64,000 nucleotides of DNA from Candidatus Eiseniibacteriota bacterium. GTDB lineage: Bacteria; Eisenbacteria; RBG-16-71-46; CAIMUX01; VGJL01. The stretch lies in NCBI GenBank assembly GCA_963792585.1, contig CAWBWI010000001.1, positions 1,216,001 through 1,280,000 of the forward strand, given 5' to 3'. Position numbers and translations under genes: made by a program. Of this stretch, positions 10,540-25,343 are shown in pieces (within the stretch, counting starts at the first letter, position 1; each line of letters begins with the position of its first letter). The notes below the pieces were generated by a model, which saw only the letters and a program-made list of their open reading frames with translations, had not been told where the DNA came from and ran no database searches.

Positions 10540-11384
10540 CGGCCCCCCTTCATGTACGCGAGAAGGCCCTCCTGCCACGCCGGCAAGCGGAGACCCAGCA
10601 GGGATTCCGCCAGCGAGCCATCGAGGACGGAATAGGCCGGGCGCGGCGCGGGGCGACCCAACGCCGCGGAAGCCACCGGCTCGCAGGCGCGGACGATGCC
10701 CGCGGCCTCCAGAATCGCGCGGGCGAACTCAATCCACGTGCAGCTTCCGCCCCCGCTCAAGTGGAGGATCCCCTGCGCCCGGGAGAGCGCCGCGCACGCG
10801 ATCGCGGGTGCGAGGTGCCCTGCGAAGGTCGGCGACTGGACCTGATCGTCCACGACACGCAGCGGCGCATCCGAGCGCGCGAGCTTCAGGATCGTGTCGA
10901 CGAAATTCGCTCCCCCCGCTCCGAAGAGACTGGAGGAGCGGATCACCAGGCGATCCGGGAGGATCGCCAGCAGCGCGCGCTCGGCCTCCCGCTTGCTTCG
11001 CCCATAGACGCTCAGGGGATTCGTATTCTCGTATTCGCGGTACGGCGTCCGCGCGGACCCATCGAACACATAGTCGGTGCTCAAAACGATCACGCGGGCG
11101 GACTGCCTGCGCGCGGCGTGCGCCAGGTGGACCGTCCCTTCGGTATTCACCAGGAAGGCGTCGCGAGGGTGTTCCTCACACCGATCGACTCGCGTGTCGG
11201 CCGCGAGGTGGACGATGATCTCCGGGCGCGTTTCGTGGACGACCGCGGCGACCGTTCCCGGCCGCCCGAGATCGAACGCGTCGAGCCCGGGCGCGACGAC
11301 TTCCCCTAGGCGCTCGAGTTCCGGGCGAAGGGCCGTGCCCAGGAGTCCGCTCGCGCCGGTCAGCAGAATTCGCGGCCGCGACAT
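10536..11384 (-). CDS. rfbD: dTDP-4-dehydrorhamnose reductase
   Basis: TGASGLLG, STDYVFDG, YGRSK, VVDDQVQSPT, PRPAYSVLD. Confidence 0.93.
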   Translation of the reverse strand: MSRPRILLTGASGLLGTALRPELERLGEVVAPGLDAFDLGRPGTVAAVVHETRPEIIVHLAADTRVDRCEEHPRDAFLVNTEGTVHLAHAARRQSARVIVLSTDYVFDGSARTPYREYENTNPLSVYGRSKREAERALLAILPDRLVIRSSSLFGAGGANFVDTILKLARSDAPLRVVDDQVQSPTFAGHLAPAIACAALSRAQGILHLSGGGSCTWIEFARAILEAAGIVRACEPVASAALGRPAPRPAYSVLDGSLAESLLGLRLPAWQEGLLAYMKGGR

Positions 11385-11389
11385 CGCGC

Positions 11390-14017
<2,628 letters not shown>

Positions 14018-14054
14018 CGATTCCAGCCCTTGTCTGCCCCTGGTTGCGAAGTCG

Positions 14055-14599
14055 TCATCCAATCCGTCTTCCGATTCCCGATGCCCCGCCGCTCGGCCGG
14101 TCGCTATCTCCTGCGGCTCGGTTCGAGGCGCGAAGGACGTGCGCGAAACCGCGCGACGCGAGACGCCGCGCAGCCGGACGCTCGCAGTCCTCCCCGGGCT
14201 CCGGGAGACAGTCGCTCGAGCACCCGGCGCGCCAGCTCCTCCTCCGGCACCTCGGCGAGGAACGTCGGTGACCGCCTCGCGGGCCGTCTCCGCGTTCGAC
14301 CCCGCTCACCGTGAGTTCCCGATCAGGAGCGGCGCGCGATCGCGGCGACCGCCGGCTGCGTCTCTCGACGTAGAGTCGAGCGTAACGCATGTCGTCGACG
14401 AGACGCTCGGCACTGGAGGCGTTCGATCGCGGGATCGATCTCCTCGCCGGCGAAACCGCTCCGGCGAAGGTAGTCGCGCACCTCTGCCGCGCACCGCTCG
14501 CGCACGGCCAGGTAGCGGCAGGCCTCTCGAAGGGATCGCGCGGCCGCTCCCGGCTCACGCGCGGGCCTGCCGGGGACGCTCAGCGGACCGGTCCTTCAT
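14055..14599 (-). CDS. recX: Regulatory protein RecX (frameshifted; boundaries approximate)
   Basis: [22 protein letters not shown] and [15 protein letters not shown] fragments; between recA and alaS. Confidence 0.7.
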
Positions 14600-15695
14600 C
14601 GTTCGCCGCCGCCTTGCAGCTCCTTCGCGCGTCTGACCCCGACGGCGAGTCGGCCGCCTTGCCGGCCATCCCGCTGCTGGGCGCCTGCACGATCGGCAGC
14701 CCCAGGCGTCGCGGATCTGATTCTCGAGGCGGGTGGCCAGGGCCGCGTTCTCGCGCAGGATCTGCCGCGCGTTCTCGCGTCCCTGCCCGAGCCGCTCCTC
14801 ACCGTACGAGATCCAGGTCCCGCATCTTCTGCAGGATGCCGGCCTCGACCCCGAGGTCGATCAGCTCTCCGGTGCGCGAGATCCCCTCATCGAAGAGGAT
14901 GTCGAACTCGGCGCAACGGAACGGCGCGGCGACCTTGTTCTTCACGACCCGTACGCGGGTGCGGTTGCCGACGACCTCTTCCTTCTCCTTGATCGATGCG
15001 ATCTTGCGGATGTCGAGCCGCACCGAGGAGAAGAACTTCAGCGCGTTGCCGCCCGGCGTCGTCTCCGGATTGCCGAAGAGGATTCCGATCTTCATCCGGA
15101 TCTGGTTGATGAAGATGACGATCGTCTTGCTCTTGGAGATCGATCCCGAGAGCTTCCGCAGCGCCTGCGACATCAGGCGCGCCTGGAGGCCGACGTGCGA
15201 GTCGCCCATCTCTCCCTCGATCTCGGCGCGCGGCACCAGGGCCGCGACCGAGTCGACGACGATGATGTCGACCGCGCCGCTACGGACGAGCTGATCGGCG
15301 ATCTCGAGCGCCTCTTCCCCGGTGTCGGGCTGGCTCACATGGAGGTTGTCGATGTCGACGCCGAGCTTCTTCGCGTAGGAGGGCTGCAGCGCGTGCTCCG
15401 CGTCGATGAAAACGGCGGTCCCGCCGACCCGTTGCGCGCTCGCGATCATCGTGAGCGTCAGGGTCGTCTTGCCCGATGATTCGGGTCCGAAGATCTCCAT
15501 GACGCGGCCGCGCGGAATCCCGCCCGACGCCCAGCGCGAGATCGAGTCCCAGCGATCCGCTCGGGATCACTTCCGTCTCGACGCGGCTTCCTGCGTCCCC
15601 AGGCGCATGATCGAACCCTTGCCGAACTGCTTCTCGATCGAGGTGATCGCCAGTTCGAGGGCCTTCGCCTTCTCCTTCGAGGATTCCTCACCCAT
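14580..15695 (-). CDS. recA: Recombinase RecA (frameshifted)
   Basis: [60 protein letters not shown]. Confidence 0.97.
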
Positions 15696-15765
15696 CCGCG
15701 GGCTCTCCTTCCTTAGACGATGTCGACCCTGCCCGGTGCGCCGGGCGCGTGGAGGCATGCCGTGG

Positions 15766-16376
15766 TCATCCCCGTGCCGGCCCTTCGTCCGTCCGCCGGG
15801 GGTGGGCGATCTCGAGGGGCGTGTAAATCGGCCCTTCCGCGCCGCGCAGATCACTCTTGAAAAGCGTAATGGAGCTGATCGTAAGGTGGCCGCTTGCGGC
15901 GGTGTCAAACCGGAGGTAAGCGTCGCCAAGTCGGAGACTTGCCGTCCCCGGCGCTACGCGGGCCAGCGTCATGTGGCCGACGAACGGCTTGTCCGCCTGT
16001 CCGAAACCGACCAGTCGGATCGCGCGATCGGTCACCGCCGCGAGTTCGGCGAGGCCGCCGCCGGGATCCTCGATCCCCAACCAGAGGACCTGAGGACGTC
16101 GCGGCGTTCGGGAAGGCGCCGATCGCACCGATCGAGATCCCCGGCGGTCGACCACGCCCGATCGAGGTTCTGCACGCGTGCCGCGCCTTCTCGACCTGCT
16201 TGCGGTCCAGGTCGCCGAAGAATCGAACCGTCAGGTGAACGATCTCGGGGCGGACGAAGCGCAGCGCCTCGCTGCCGGGTCGCCCACGCATCGTCTGCGC
16301 GAGTATCGCCGATCATCGCCTTGACCTCGGCAGGAATCGTGAAGGCCACGAAGGACCGCACGCGCTCCCCGTTCAT
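15766..16376 (-). CDS. thpR: RNA 2',3'-cyclic phosphodiesterase / 2'-5' RNA ligase (frameshifted)
   Basis: RSFVAF, two HxT motifs (HLTVRFFG, HMTLAR), VLWLGI, TLFKSDL...GPIY. Confidence 0.88.
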
Positions 16377-17634
16377 CGCTCCCTCCCCGGATCGATCGCC
16401 AGTCCCAGGATCGCGCGGCGCGCGAGGTCGAGCGCGGCGAGGACCGTGCGCCCGATCACCTGCTCGCGCCCCGAGGGGAAGACGCGGCGGATCACGCTGT
16501 GACCTCCCGGCCAGTCGACGCCGATGTAGACCAGCCCGACCGGCTTCTCGGCGCTCCCACCGTCGGGCCCCGCGACCCCCGTCGTCGAGATTCCGACGTC
16601 GGCGCCGAAGCGGCCCCGCACGCCATGCGCCATCGAGTGCGCGACCGCCTCGCTCACGGCTCCGTGGTCACGGATCCAGTTCTCCGGCACGCCGAGTAGC
16701 GCCGTCTTGGCCTCGTTCTCGTAGGCGACGATCCCACCAGCGAAATAGCGCGACGCGCCGGGGACCCGCACGATCTGGGACGCCAGGCTGCCACCGGTCA
16801 GCGACTCGGCGACCGCGATCTTCCAGCCGCGGAGCGCGCACTCGCGCCCGACGAGCTCCTCGATGTCCTCCGTCCCCTCGGCGTAGACCGCTGTCCCGAT
16901 CTTCTCCTTCGCCGCCTGGATCATCCGATCGAGCACCGCCTCCGCGCTGCGCGACTCGGCCTCGACCGCGAAGTGGAGATCGACGGCGCCCAGGCGCGGG
17001 AGGTAGGCCACCGACACCTCGCGCGGAATCACTGGGTCGAGCATCTGCGCGAGGACCGTCTCGCCGATCCCGATCGTTCGCAGCATGCGCGTGTGACGGC
17101 GCGCCGACGGCGCGAGCGACGCGATCTCCGGTAGCACGAATTGTGCCGCCATCCGCTCCATCTCGAACGGCACGCCCGGGAGACAGTAGAGGAACCGGCC
17201 GTCCTCCGCGCGCAGACGCAGGCCCGGCGCGCTCCCGAGGGTATTCTCGATCAGATCCGCGCCCAAGGGCACGAGCGCCTGAGCCTGCAGGTTCGGCGGC
17301 GGTCGGACGGTTCAAGCCGCGCGAAACGCGCTTCGAGCGCACGCACGACGTCCTCGCGCAGAATGAGCTGGCGCTTGAGAACCGCCGCGACCACCTTGCG
17401 GGTGATGTCGTCCGGAGTCGCCCCCAGACCTCCCGTCGTGATGACGACGTCGGCGCGCGCCAGGGCGTGGACGAGCGCCTCGGTCAGAGCCTCGCGCTCG
17501 TCGGGGACCGTCGTGTGCCATTGGCAGGCAAGACCGTGCGCGACGAGGCCGCGCGCGAGAAACGTGAAGTTCGTGTCCTGCGTGCGGCCGCTCAGGATTT
17601 CGCCGCCGATGGTGATGATCTCGACCCAGATCAT
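16373..17634 (-). CDS. cinA: Competence/damage-inducible protein CinA (MoCF + PncC domains; frameshift near 17290)
   Basis: IGGEILSGRTQDTN, TTGGLGATPDDIT, LPGVPFEM, AVAESLTGG, HGAVSE, TGVAGPDGG..KPVGLV. Confidence 0.93.
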
Positions 17635-18098
17635 GAAATTCTCCCTGCGAGGTCGGGCCATGCTACGAGCCCCAGCCTCAGGACGACATTCGCTGCGATC
17701 CCGGCAAGAACGTCATCCACCATGACACCCCAGCCTCCCGGCAGGGCCTGGATCTGGTAGATCGGCGGCGGCTTCACGATGTCGAAGAACCGAAAGAGCA
17801 CGAAGCCCGCGATCCCGATTCCCGGGGAGACTGCGAGACCCGCTACGGCGATCATGGAACCCGCCACCTCGTCGATCACGACCCGGTGGCTGTCATGTCC
17901 GTAGATCGCCTCCGCACGGTGGCATGCCCAGGTCCCGACCACCAACACGACCCCCAGGGCGGCGGCGAATACGCCCCCCGTGGGCCTTATCAAGAACCAG
18001 ATAAGCAGCGTGGCCGCGCTGGCCCATGTCCCGGGCGCCGCCGGCAGGTAGCCGATGTAGGCGAAGGTGGCCACCGCGCGCGCGAGCCGTGCGGTCAT
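17631..18098 (-). CDS. pgpA: Phosphatidylglycerophosphatase A
   Basis: APGTWAS, DSHRVVIDEVAG, FRFFDIVKPPPI, GGWGVMVDDVLAG. Confidence 0.95.
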   Translation of the reverse strand: MTARLARAVATFAYIGYLPAAPGTWASAATLLIWFLIRPTGGVFAAALGVVLVVGTWACHRAEAIYGHDSHRVVIDEVAGSMIAVAGLAVSPGIGIAGFVLFRFFDIVKPPPIYQIQALPGGWGVMVDDVLAGIAANVVLRLGLVAWPDLAGRIS

Positions 18099-18102
18099 CG
18101 TA

Positions 18103-18702
18103 TCAGAGCTGCTTGCGGCCCTCGAGGGCGCGCACGAGGGTCGCCGAGTCGGAGAGTTCGATGTCCGAGCCCATCGGAACCCCGCGCGCGATGCGGGAGA
18201 CGGTGACGCCGAGCCCCGAGAGGAAGTCGGCGAGGAAGTGCGCGGTCGCCTCACCCTGCGCGGTCGGGTTCATGGCGAGGATCACCTCTTGCATCCCTTC
18301 GCGTCGAATGCGCTCGGCCAGTTCCGCGACGCGGAGATCGGCCGGCCCCACACCGTCGAGCGGAGAGAGGGTCCCGCGCAGCACGTGGTAGAGGCCGTGA
18401 AAGGCGGCGGTGCGTTCCAGAGCGACCACATCGCCCGGCTGTTCCACGACGCACAGGACGTGCGGATCGCGCTTGGGATCCGCGCAGAGATAGCACGGCT
18501 GCGTCTCGGCGACGTTTCCGCAGCGCTCGCATGTGCCGACCTCGAGGCGGAGCCGCTCGACCGCGTGGGCGAGGGCAAGGGCCTCCTCCTGATCGACGCG
18601 CAGCAGGTGGAAGGCGAGCCGCTGGGCGGTCTTCTTCCCGATCCCCGGCAGCTTGCCAAGCTGCTCGATCAGTTCCTCGAGGTGGAGCGAGCTGTACTGC
18701 AT
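18103..18702 (-). CDS. recR: Recombination mediator RecR
   Basis: LPGIGKKTAQRLAFH, C4 zinc finger, TOPRIM, IARGVPMG. Confidence 0.97.
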   Translation of the reverse strand: MQYSSLHLEELIEQLGKLPGIGKKTAQRLAFHLLRVDQEEALALAHAVERLRLEVGTCERCGNVAETQPCYLCADPKRDPHVLCVVEQPGDVVALERTAAFHGLYHVLRGTLSPLDGVGPADLRVAELAERIRREGMQEVILAMNPTAQGEATAHFLADFLSGLGVTVSRIARGVPMGSDIELSDSATLVRALEGRKQL

Positions 18703-18708
18703 GGTCGA

Positions 18709-19020
18709 CTAGAAGAGTCCCGGAATCCCGATGCCGCCGGTCAGCTTGCCCATCTCGCTCTGGTTCTTCTCCTGAACCTTCGTGGCCGCGTCGTTCATCG
18801 CCGCGGCGATCAGGTCCTCGAGCATCTCCACGTCGGACGGGTCGACGACCTTGGGATCGATCTTGATCTTCACGATCTCGTGCTTGCCGTTCATCGTGAT
18901 GACAACCATCCCGCCGCCCGCGCTTCCCTCGACTTCCTCCTGGGCGAGTTGCTCCTGCATCTTCGCCATCTGTTCCTGCATCTGCTGCGCCTGCTTCATC
19001 AGTTTGCGCATATCCGGCAT
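18709..19020 (-). CDS. ybaB: YbaB/EbfC nucleoid-associated protein
   Basis: MKQAQQMQ...EGSAGGGMV...DVEMLEDLIAAAMNDA. Confidence 0.95.
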   Translation of the reverse strand: MPDMRKLMKQAQQMQEQMAKMQEQLAQEEVEGSAGGGMVVITMNGKHEIVKIKIDPKVVDPSDVEMLEDLIAAAMNDAATKVQEKNQSEMGKLTGGIGIPGLF

Positions 19021-19052
19021 ATGGTTCTCCTTCGTCGGGATCGTTCGTGTCG

Positions 19053-20915
<1,863 letters not shown>

Positions 20916-20944
20916 CGGTCTCCCTCGGGAATCATGCCCTCAGG

Positions 20945-21220
20945 TCGAGCCGTGCACCCTTCTCTGATCCTCCGGTCGTGTCCCGCATCGGCTGTAGGCT
21001 CAGGCCAGGCGATTCCGCGGCACCCGTGGGTGTCTACTTACCGCTGCTACCTTCCGGTCCTGACGGGGTTCGGCAGTCTCCCGTTGCGCGGGACCTGACC
21101 CTCGAAGCCCCGAGGCTTCCACGTGACGCATCCGGGTGGGACCTCGGAAGGGAGTTCGACCCCGCTATAGCGGATTGCGGGCTACAGGGCACCGCTGACT
21201 CCCCGTCTAGCACGACCCGA
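20945..21220 (-). ncRNA. ffs: Signal recognition particle RNA, large (Alu-domain) bacterial type
   Basis: S-domain CCCCGTCAGGACCGGAAGGTAGCAGCGG; 5' TCGGGTCGTGC pairs with 3' GCACGGCTCGA; Alu-like 5' region; directly upstream of dnaX. Confidence 0.93.
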
Positions 21221-21238
21221 CCCAAGGGCATAAAGATT

Positions 21239-21311
21239 TGGAGATGAACGGGATCGAACCGTCGACCTCCTCGTTGCGAACGAGGCGCTCTCCCAACTGA
21301 GCTACATCCCC
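21239..21311 (-). tRNA. tRNA-Ala(CGC)
   Basis: GGGGATGTAGCTCAGTTGGGAGAGCGCCTCGTTCGCAACGAGG...GGTTCGATCCCGTTCATCTCCA. Confidence 0.96.
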
Positions 21312-21352
21312 AAAAGCGTTCGGGCCTCGCGGCCCATCATCTTTCCGAAAAC

Positions 21353-21443
21353 TGGCGGAGAGACAGGGATTCGAACCCTGGAGGCGTTATTCACGCCTAC
21401 ACGCTCTCCAGGCGTGCTCCTTCAACCACTCGGACATCTCTCC
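21353..21443 (-). tRNA. tRNA-Ser(GGA)
   Basis: GGAGAGATGTCCGAGTGG...CACGCCTGGAGAGCGTG, long variable arm, encoded CCA. Confidence 0.96.
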
Positions 21444-21642
21444 GCGCTGGTTCGAAACAGCAGTATAGGAAAACGCCTGCTTGCGTCTCAACGCCCAAAT
21501 CGGTCTCTGCAATCGAGCCGTTTCGGGACGCTCACCCGTCCCGATGACCCGTGGACGAGGGCGGCGGACATTTGCCGGTCTGTTTCAGCCGGTTTGCTCT
21601 ACCAGCCGACTCGGTTTGCCCCGCACCCGCGATCCAAAGAAC

Positions 21643-21732
21643 TGGCGGAGAGAGAGGGATTCGAACCCCCGGTGGAGTTACCCCCACAGCGGTTTTCGAG
21701 ACCGCCGCCTTCAACCACTCGGCCATCTCTCC
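21643..21732 (-). tRNA. tRNA-Ser(CGA)
   Basis: GGAGAGATGGCCGAGTGG...GCGGTCTCGAAAACCGC, long variable arm, encoded CCA. Confidence 0.96.
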
Positions 21733-22478
21733 GCACGGCAACTGGTTGCCAGAGCGGAAGTTCACCACAGATGGAGGCTGTTGTCAACCTCTCGCCTCTG
21801 CGATCGCCGCGGTCTGGTAGACCGCCGCTCGATCATCTCGTGATCAACCACAACTGCCTGTGAGATCAGTGGGCCGCCGCCAGCGGTGCAGCCAATGATA
21901 CCCGGGGCGGCGGTCGCATCTGCGCTTTGTCCCCCCATCAGCTTGCGCCTTTCGCCCCGCACGGCCTGCACGGGCACCCACGCCTACCGCTGGGTCGTAA
22001 CGACCGACGAATGGCCTACAAGGTCCTGAACCACATTGAGCGCCACCCACAGCCTTCGAGCCACCAGCGGGCGAACGGGTACCTGAGCTGATGGAATTGG
22101 AAGCGCGAGATGTCGGAGAGGTCCCTCGTCTTCCGAGCGGCAATCCTGTCGCCCAATCAAGCGGAACCGCTCAATCCAGGAGGCCCTTCGAGACATTGCC
22201 CCATTCTCCGCGAGCTTCCGGAGCACGGTCCTGTGCAGCCACATGTTCATCTGCGCCGAATCGCCCGTCTTCTCCGCAGGACACCCGAGTACCATCGCAG
22301 GCGCCTTGCGCGCCGCAAGGCTGCTCGCCAGTTCCACCAGTTTCATCATGTCGACAATCGGAACTATCCAGTTGAGCTTGTCGAAGTGGGGGTTCACCAC
22401 GCCTGCCGGCGGCGCGGGGATCCCGTACTTCCCTCACCCGTACTACACGGAAGTCGTCGACGGGGCTGCAACCGCGTC

Positions 22479-24803
22479 CTATCGGGCCACGATCACCTTC
22501 CGCACCAGGCTCACCCCGGATGCCTTCAGCCGGCAGAAGTAGATCCCGGAAGGAAGCGCTCCCCCATCCGGACCCCGCCCGTCCCAATGCACCCGGTGTT
22601 CTCCCGCCTCGAACCGCCCGACGGCGACCGCCGTCACGCGCGAGCCGGCGGCATCGTAGATGTCGACCGAGACGTCTCCCGCCTCGGGCAGGGTAAACGC
22701 GAATGTGGTGCCCGAGCCGAACGGATTCGGGGCGTTCTGCTCGAGCGTCGCGAAGTGACGCCGCGTCGTCCCATCACCCTCCACCCCGGCGGTCGGGGAC
22801 ACGACAACGACCAGCGCGAGCGTGGTGTCGACCGCGCTCCCCGCGACGGAGCGCAGAAAAACCGTGGCGCTGTCTCCCGGAGCCGCCGTCTCCGGGATCA
22901 CAACGTTCACGATCAGCGTCGAGTGCTGCCCGGGCAGGACAGGGAACGGATCATGGTCATGAAGCACCGTCCATGTCTCTGGGCTCCATGCCACTCCGGT
23001 GACGTCCAGCGGCAGGAATCCGTCGTTGAATACCATGAACGGCGCGGCGAGCGTGTCCCCCGGCGCTCCCTCGACATCATGCCCGGCGATCGAGTAGAGG
23101 CGCGGAGCGAAGTTGAGAGACTGCAGGATCTCCCACCCCGCCCCCTGCCCGGCCGTTCGATCCGAGGCGAAGAGGATCCGATCGTTCGATGGCGGAATGT
23201 GCGGCGCGACCTCATTCGCAGGGCTGTTCACACCCGGGCCCAGACTCGTCGCGGGCATCCACCCCGCTTCGGACCGGATCGCCCGGTACACGTCGTACCC
23301 TCCAAGACCGCCCATCCGATTCGACGCGAAGTAGAGATCTGCGTGCTCCCCGTCCCAATCCGCGAGCATCGGATCCTTTTCGGCGAAGGGCGTGTTGATC
23401 CCCGGACCGAGATTGACCGCCGGGTCCCAATACGTGGACTCCGTGACGCGCTTCGGCGCTTCGTAGATGTCCCAGTCCCCGTAACCGCCGGGGCGATTCG
23501 ATGAGAAGAGCATCCGGTTGCTCCAGTCCATCGGGGAGGTCTCGTCCGCGGCGGAGTTGACGGAGACGGGAAGCGCGACCACGGTACCCCACGTCGTCGT
23601 GTCGGTCTTGAAGCCCACGTACAGATCAAAGCCGCCGAGTCCTCCAGGTCGGTTCGATGCGAAAAAGAGCCATGCGTCCCCCGCCGTGGCCTCGGGGGTC
23701 GTCTCGTCAAAGGGGCTGTTCACGGGCGGGCCCAGGTTGCGGATCGAAGTGTATCCGCCCGTGTCGTCATTGTAGCCCGCCGACCAGATGTCGAGCCCTC
23801 CAAGCCCCCCCGGCCGGTTCGACGCGAAGAAGACCCGCGGCGATGGCCCCTCCGCGAACTCCCCGCCGCAATGCGGGCAACAGCAGGTTTCGTCGCTCGG
23901 CCCTTGGGTCCCGGGGATCGGGTTGGGATTGTTGTATACCGGCTCGATGAACTCCGCACCCTTGTGCCAGAAGCAGAACCAGTGCCCCAGCTCATGCTTG
24001 ATGATCTGGTAGTAGTCGAGCGTGTTCTCGGGGCACTTGGCGTCTTCGTTGGTGATCCATCCGTCCTGGTTCGTGTCGGACGGGTAGCACCAGGTCCGCT
24101 GGACGCCGTTCGGATGCTTTCCCGGATCGTTGCGCAACCAGCACGTGGCAGGCCCGTCCTTGGTCTCGCTCGGCTGTCCCGCGAACGTCCCGGTACCGAG
24201 TTTGAAGTCCATGAATCCTGCGACCTTCTTCGTGTACCCCGGGATCTGGTCAACGTGCGCGATCTTCAGAATCGCCTGGTCCGGGTTCTCCGTGAACCAG
24301 GCGTCCGGATTCGTCACGGGGTCCTGGACCTCCTGGCCGGGGGCGTGGAACGGCGACGCGGCGCCGTAACTCAACTTCATCTGGGAGAACTCCCACTCGG
24401 ACATGCTTCGGCTGGAGAGAGTGTGCTTCTTCTCGTCCACGGTGGTCGCGGCGTTGTCAATGTGATGATCGGGGCCGGGAGTCATCACCCCGTCCGCAGT
24501 CTCATTCCTGTTGTGATTCTTCGATGGATGCGAGGTGTGCCCCTGCGCACCGGCCTGGTCATACATCACCCATTGCTTGAGGGCGTACCTGAGGCACCGC
24601 TTCTGGTCATCGGATAGCCCCGTGACGAGAATCTTGAACTGCTCCGGGGGGCGGGCCCCCTTCATCACGGTCGTCCTGGCGTGGGCAATGCCCGTCGCGA
24701 CGAGCAGGCAGGCAAGGAGGACTCCGGCCGGGAACGCGGCTCGCGGGCGTGATCGGCGCATACCAACCGGGTGGAGGATTCCGCGCGTGAGCGAACGGGA
24801 CAT
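22479..24803 (-). CDS. Secreted protein: metzincin-like zinc motif, PD40 beta-propeller repeats, Ig-like domain, FlgD/T9SS-like C-terminal domain
   Basis: Signal peptide ..GIAHA; HELGHWFCFWH; repeated FFASNRPGGxGGxDI/LY; C-terminal NAPNPF...IYDAAG...WDG...SGIYFCRL. Confidence 0.8.
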   Translation of the reverse strand: MSRSLTRGILHPVGMRRSRPRAAFPAGVLLACLLVATGIAHARTTVMKGARPPEQFKILVTGLSDDQKRCLRYALKQWVMYDQAGAQGHTSHPSKNHNRNETADGVMTPGPDHHIDNAATTVDEKKHTLSSRSMSEWEFSQMKLSYGAASPFHAPGQEVQDPVTNPDAWFTENPDQAILKIAHVDQIPGYTKKVAGFMDFKLGTGTFAGQPSETKDGPATCWLRNDPGKHPNGVQRTWCYPSDTNQDGWITNEDAKCPENTLDYYQIIKHELGHWFCFWHKGAEFIEPVYNNPNPIPGTQGPSDETCCCPHCGGEFAEGPSPRVFFASNRPGGLGGLDIWSAGYNDDTGGYTSIRNLGPPVNSPFDETTPEATAGDAWLFFASNRPGGLGGFDLYVGFKTDTTTWGTVVALPVSVNSAADETSPMDWSNRMLFSSNRPGGYGDWDIYEAPKRVTESTYWDPAVNLGPGINTPFAEKDPMLADWDGEHADLYFASNRMGGLGGYDVYRAIRSEAGWMPATSLGPGVNSPANEVAPHIPPSNDRILFASDRTAGQGAGWEILQSLNFAPRLYSIAGHDVEGAPGDTLAAPFMVFNDGFLPLDVTGVAWSPETWTVLHDHDPFPVLPGQHSTLIVNVVIPETAAPGDSATVFLRSVAGSAVDTTLALVVVVSPTAGVEGDGTTRRHFATLEQNAPNPFGSGTTFAFTLPEAGDVSVDIYDAAGSRVTAVAVGRFEAGEHRVHWDGRGPDGGALPSGIYFCRLKASGVSLVRKVIVAR

Positions 24804-25229
24804 GACTCACCTCCGACGTGTCGGGGATCGACGAGGACCGAAGTGGCGCACCTTGCGGCGGGATTGGAACCAACCAGTCTATCACGTGCGGGTCGCCGGA
24901 TCCATCGCCAGTTCAAGGCGACTCGTCATTGGCGACACAAGCCGGGCGGACCTGCCGCCAGGAGCCCGTGTACCGGGGCGGGCCTCGCGCTCCCCGAGGT
25001 CCCATCGCCACCTGGAGATGTATGCTGTACTCCAGGAAGCGCAAGCTGACTGGCGAGAGCGCTCTTACCAGTCTTCAGTCTGCAACTCACGAATCGGAAG
25101 AAGTCCCGGGCGGATCGTGTCTGTCAGTAAGGACAGGCTGGTCGTGTAGGTCGTCCCCGGTGCATCAGTTTCCCTGGATCCGGAGACCACGGGATTGGAG
25201 TCGATGAGGTCCGACTCCTTCAACCTTCG

Positions 25230-25251
25230 AACCACTCGGCCATCTCTCCGC
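25230..25251 (-). repeat. 22-bp copy of the tRNA-Ser(CGA) 5' end (att-like direct repeat / tRNA remnant)
   Basis: aaccactcggccatctctccgc identical at 21713-21734 and 25230-25251. Confidence 0.85.
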
Positions 25252-25343
25252 GCTACGCAACTACCCACAAAAAACGAAGTTCACCATTACCAGGTCGAGG
25301 GACCCCATGGAAAGCTGCCCTTCGCCCCCCTCCTTCGCGCACC

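Noticed and set aside
15406..17760. 784-aa plus-strand ORF and other long antisense ORFs (e.g. 5811-7211, 43309-44814)
   Set aside because: Shadow ORFs opposite well-supported genes in high-GC DNA; Arg/Pro-rich with no recognisable motifs
21984..22400. 138-aa ORF upstream of tRNA-Ser(CGA)
   Set aside because: No recognisable domain or clear RBS; may be a gene remnant but cannot be supported
25180..25251. Possible intact or suppressor/Sec tRNA (hairpin loop contains TCA)
   Set aside because: No TTCRA T-arm and no complete acceptor stem; treated as a tRNA-Ser fragment
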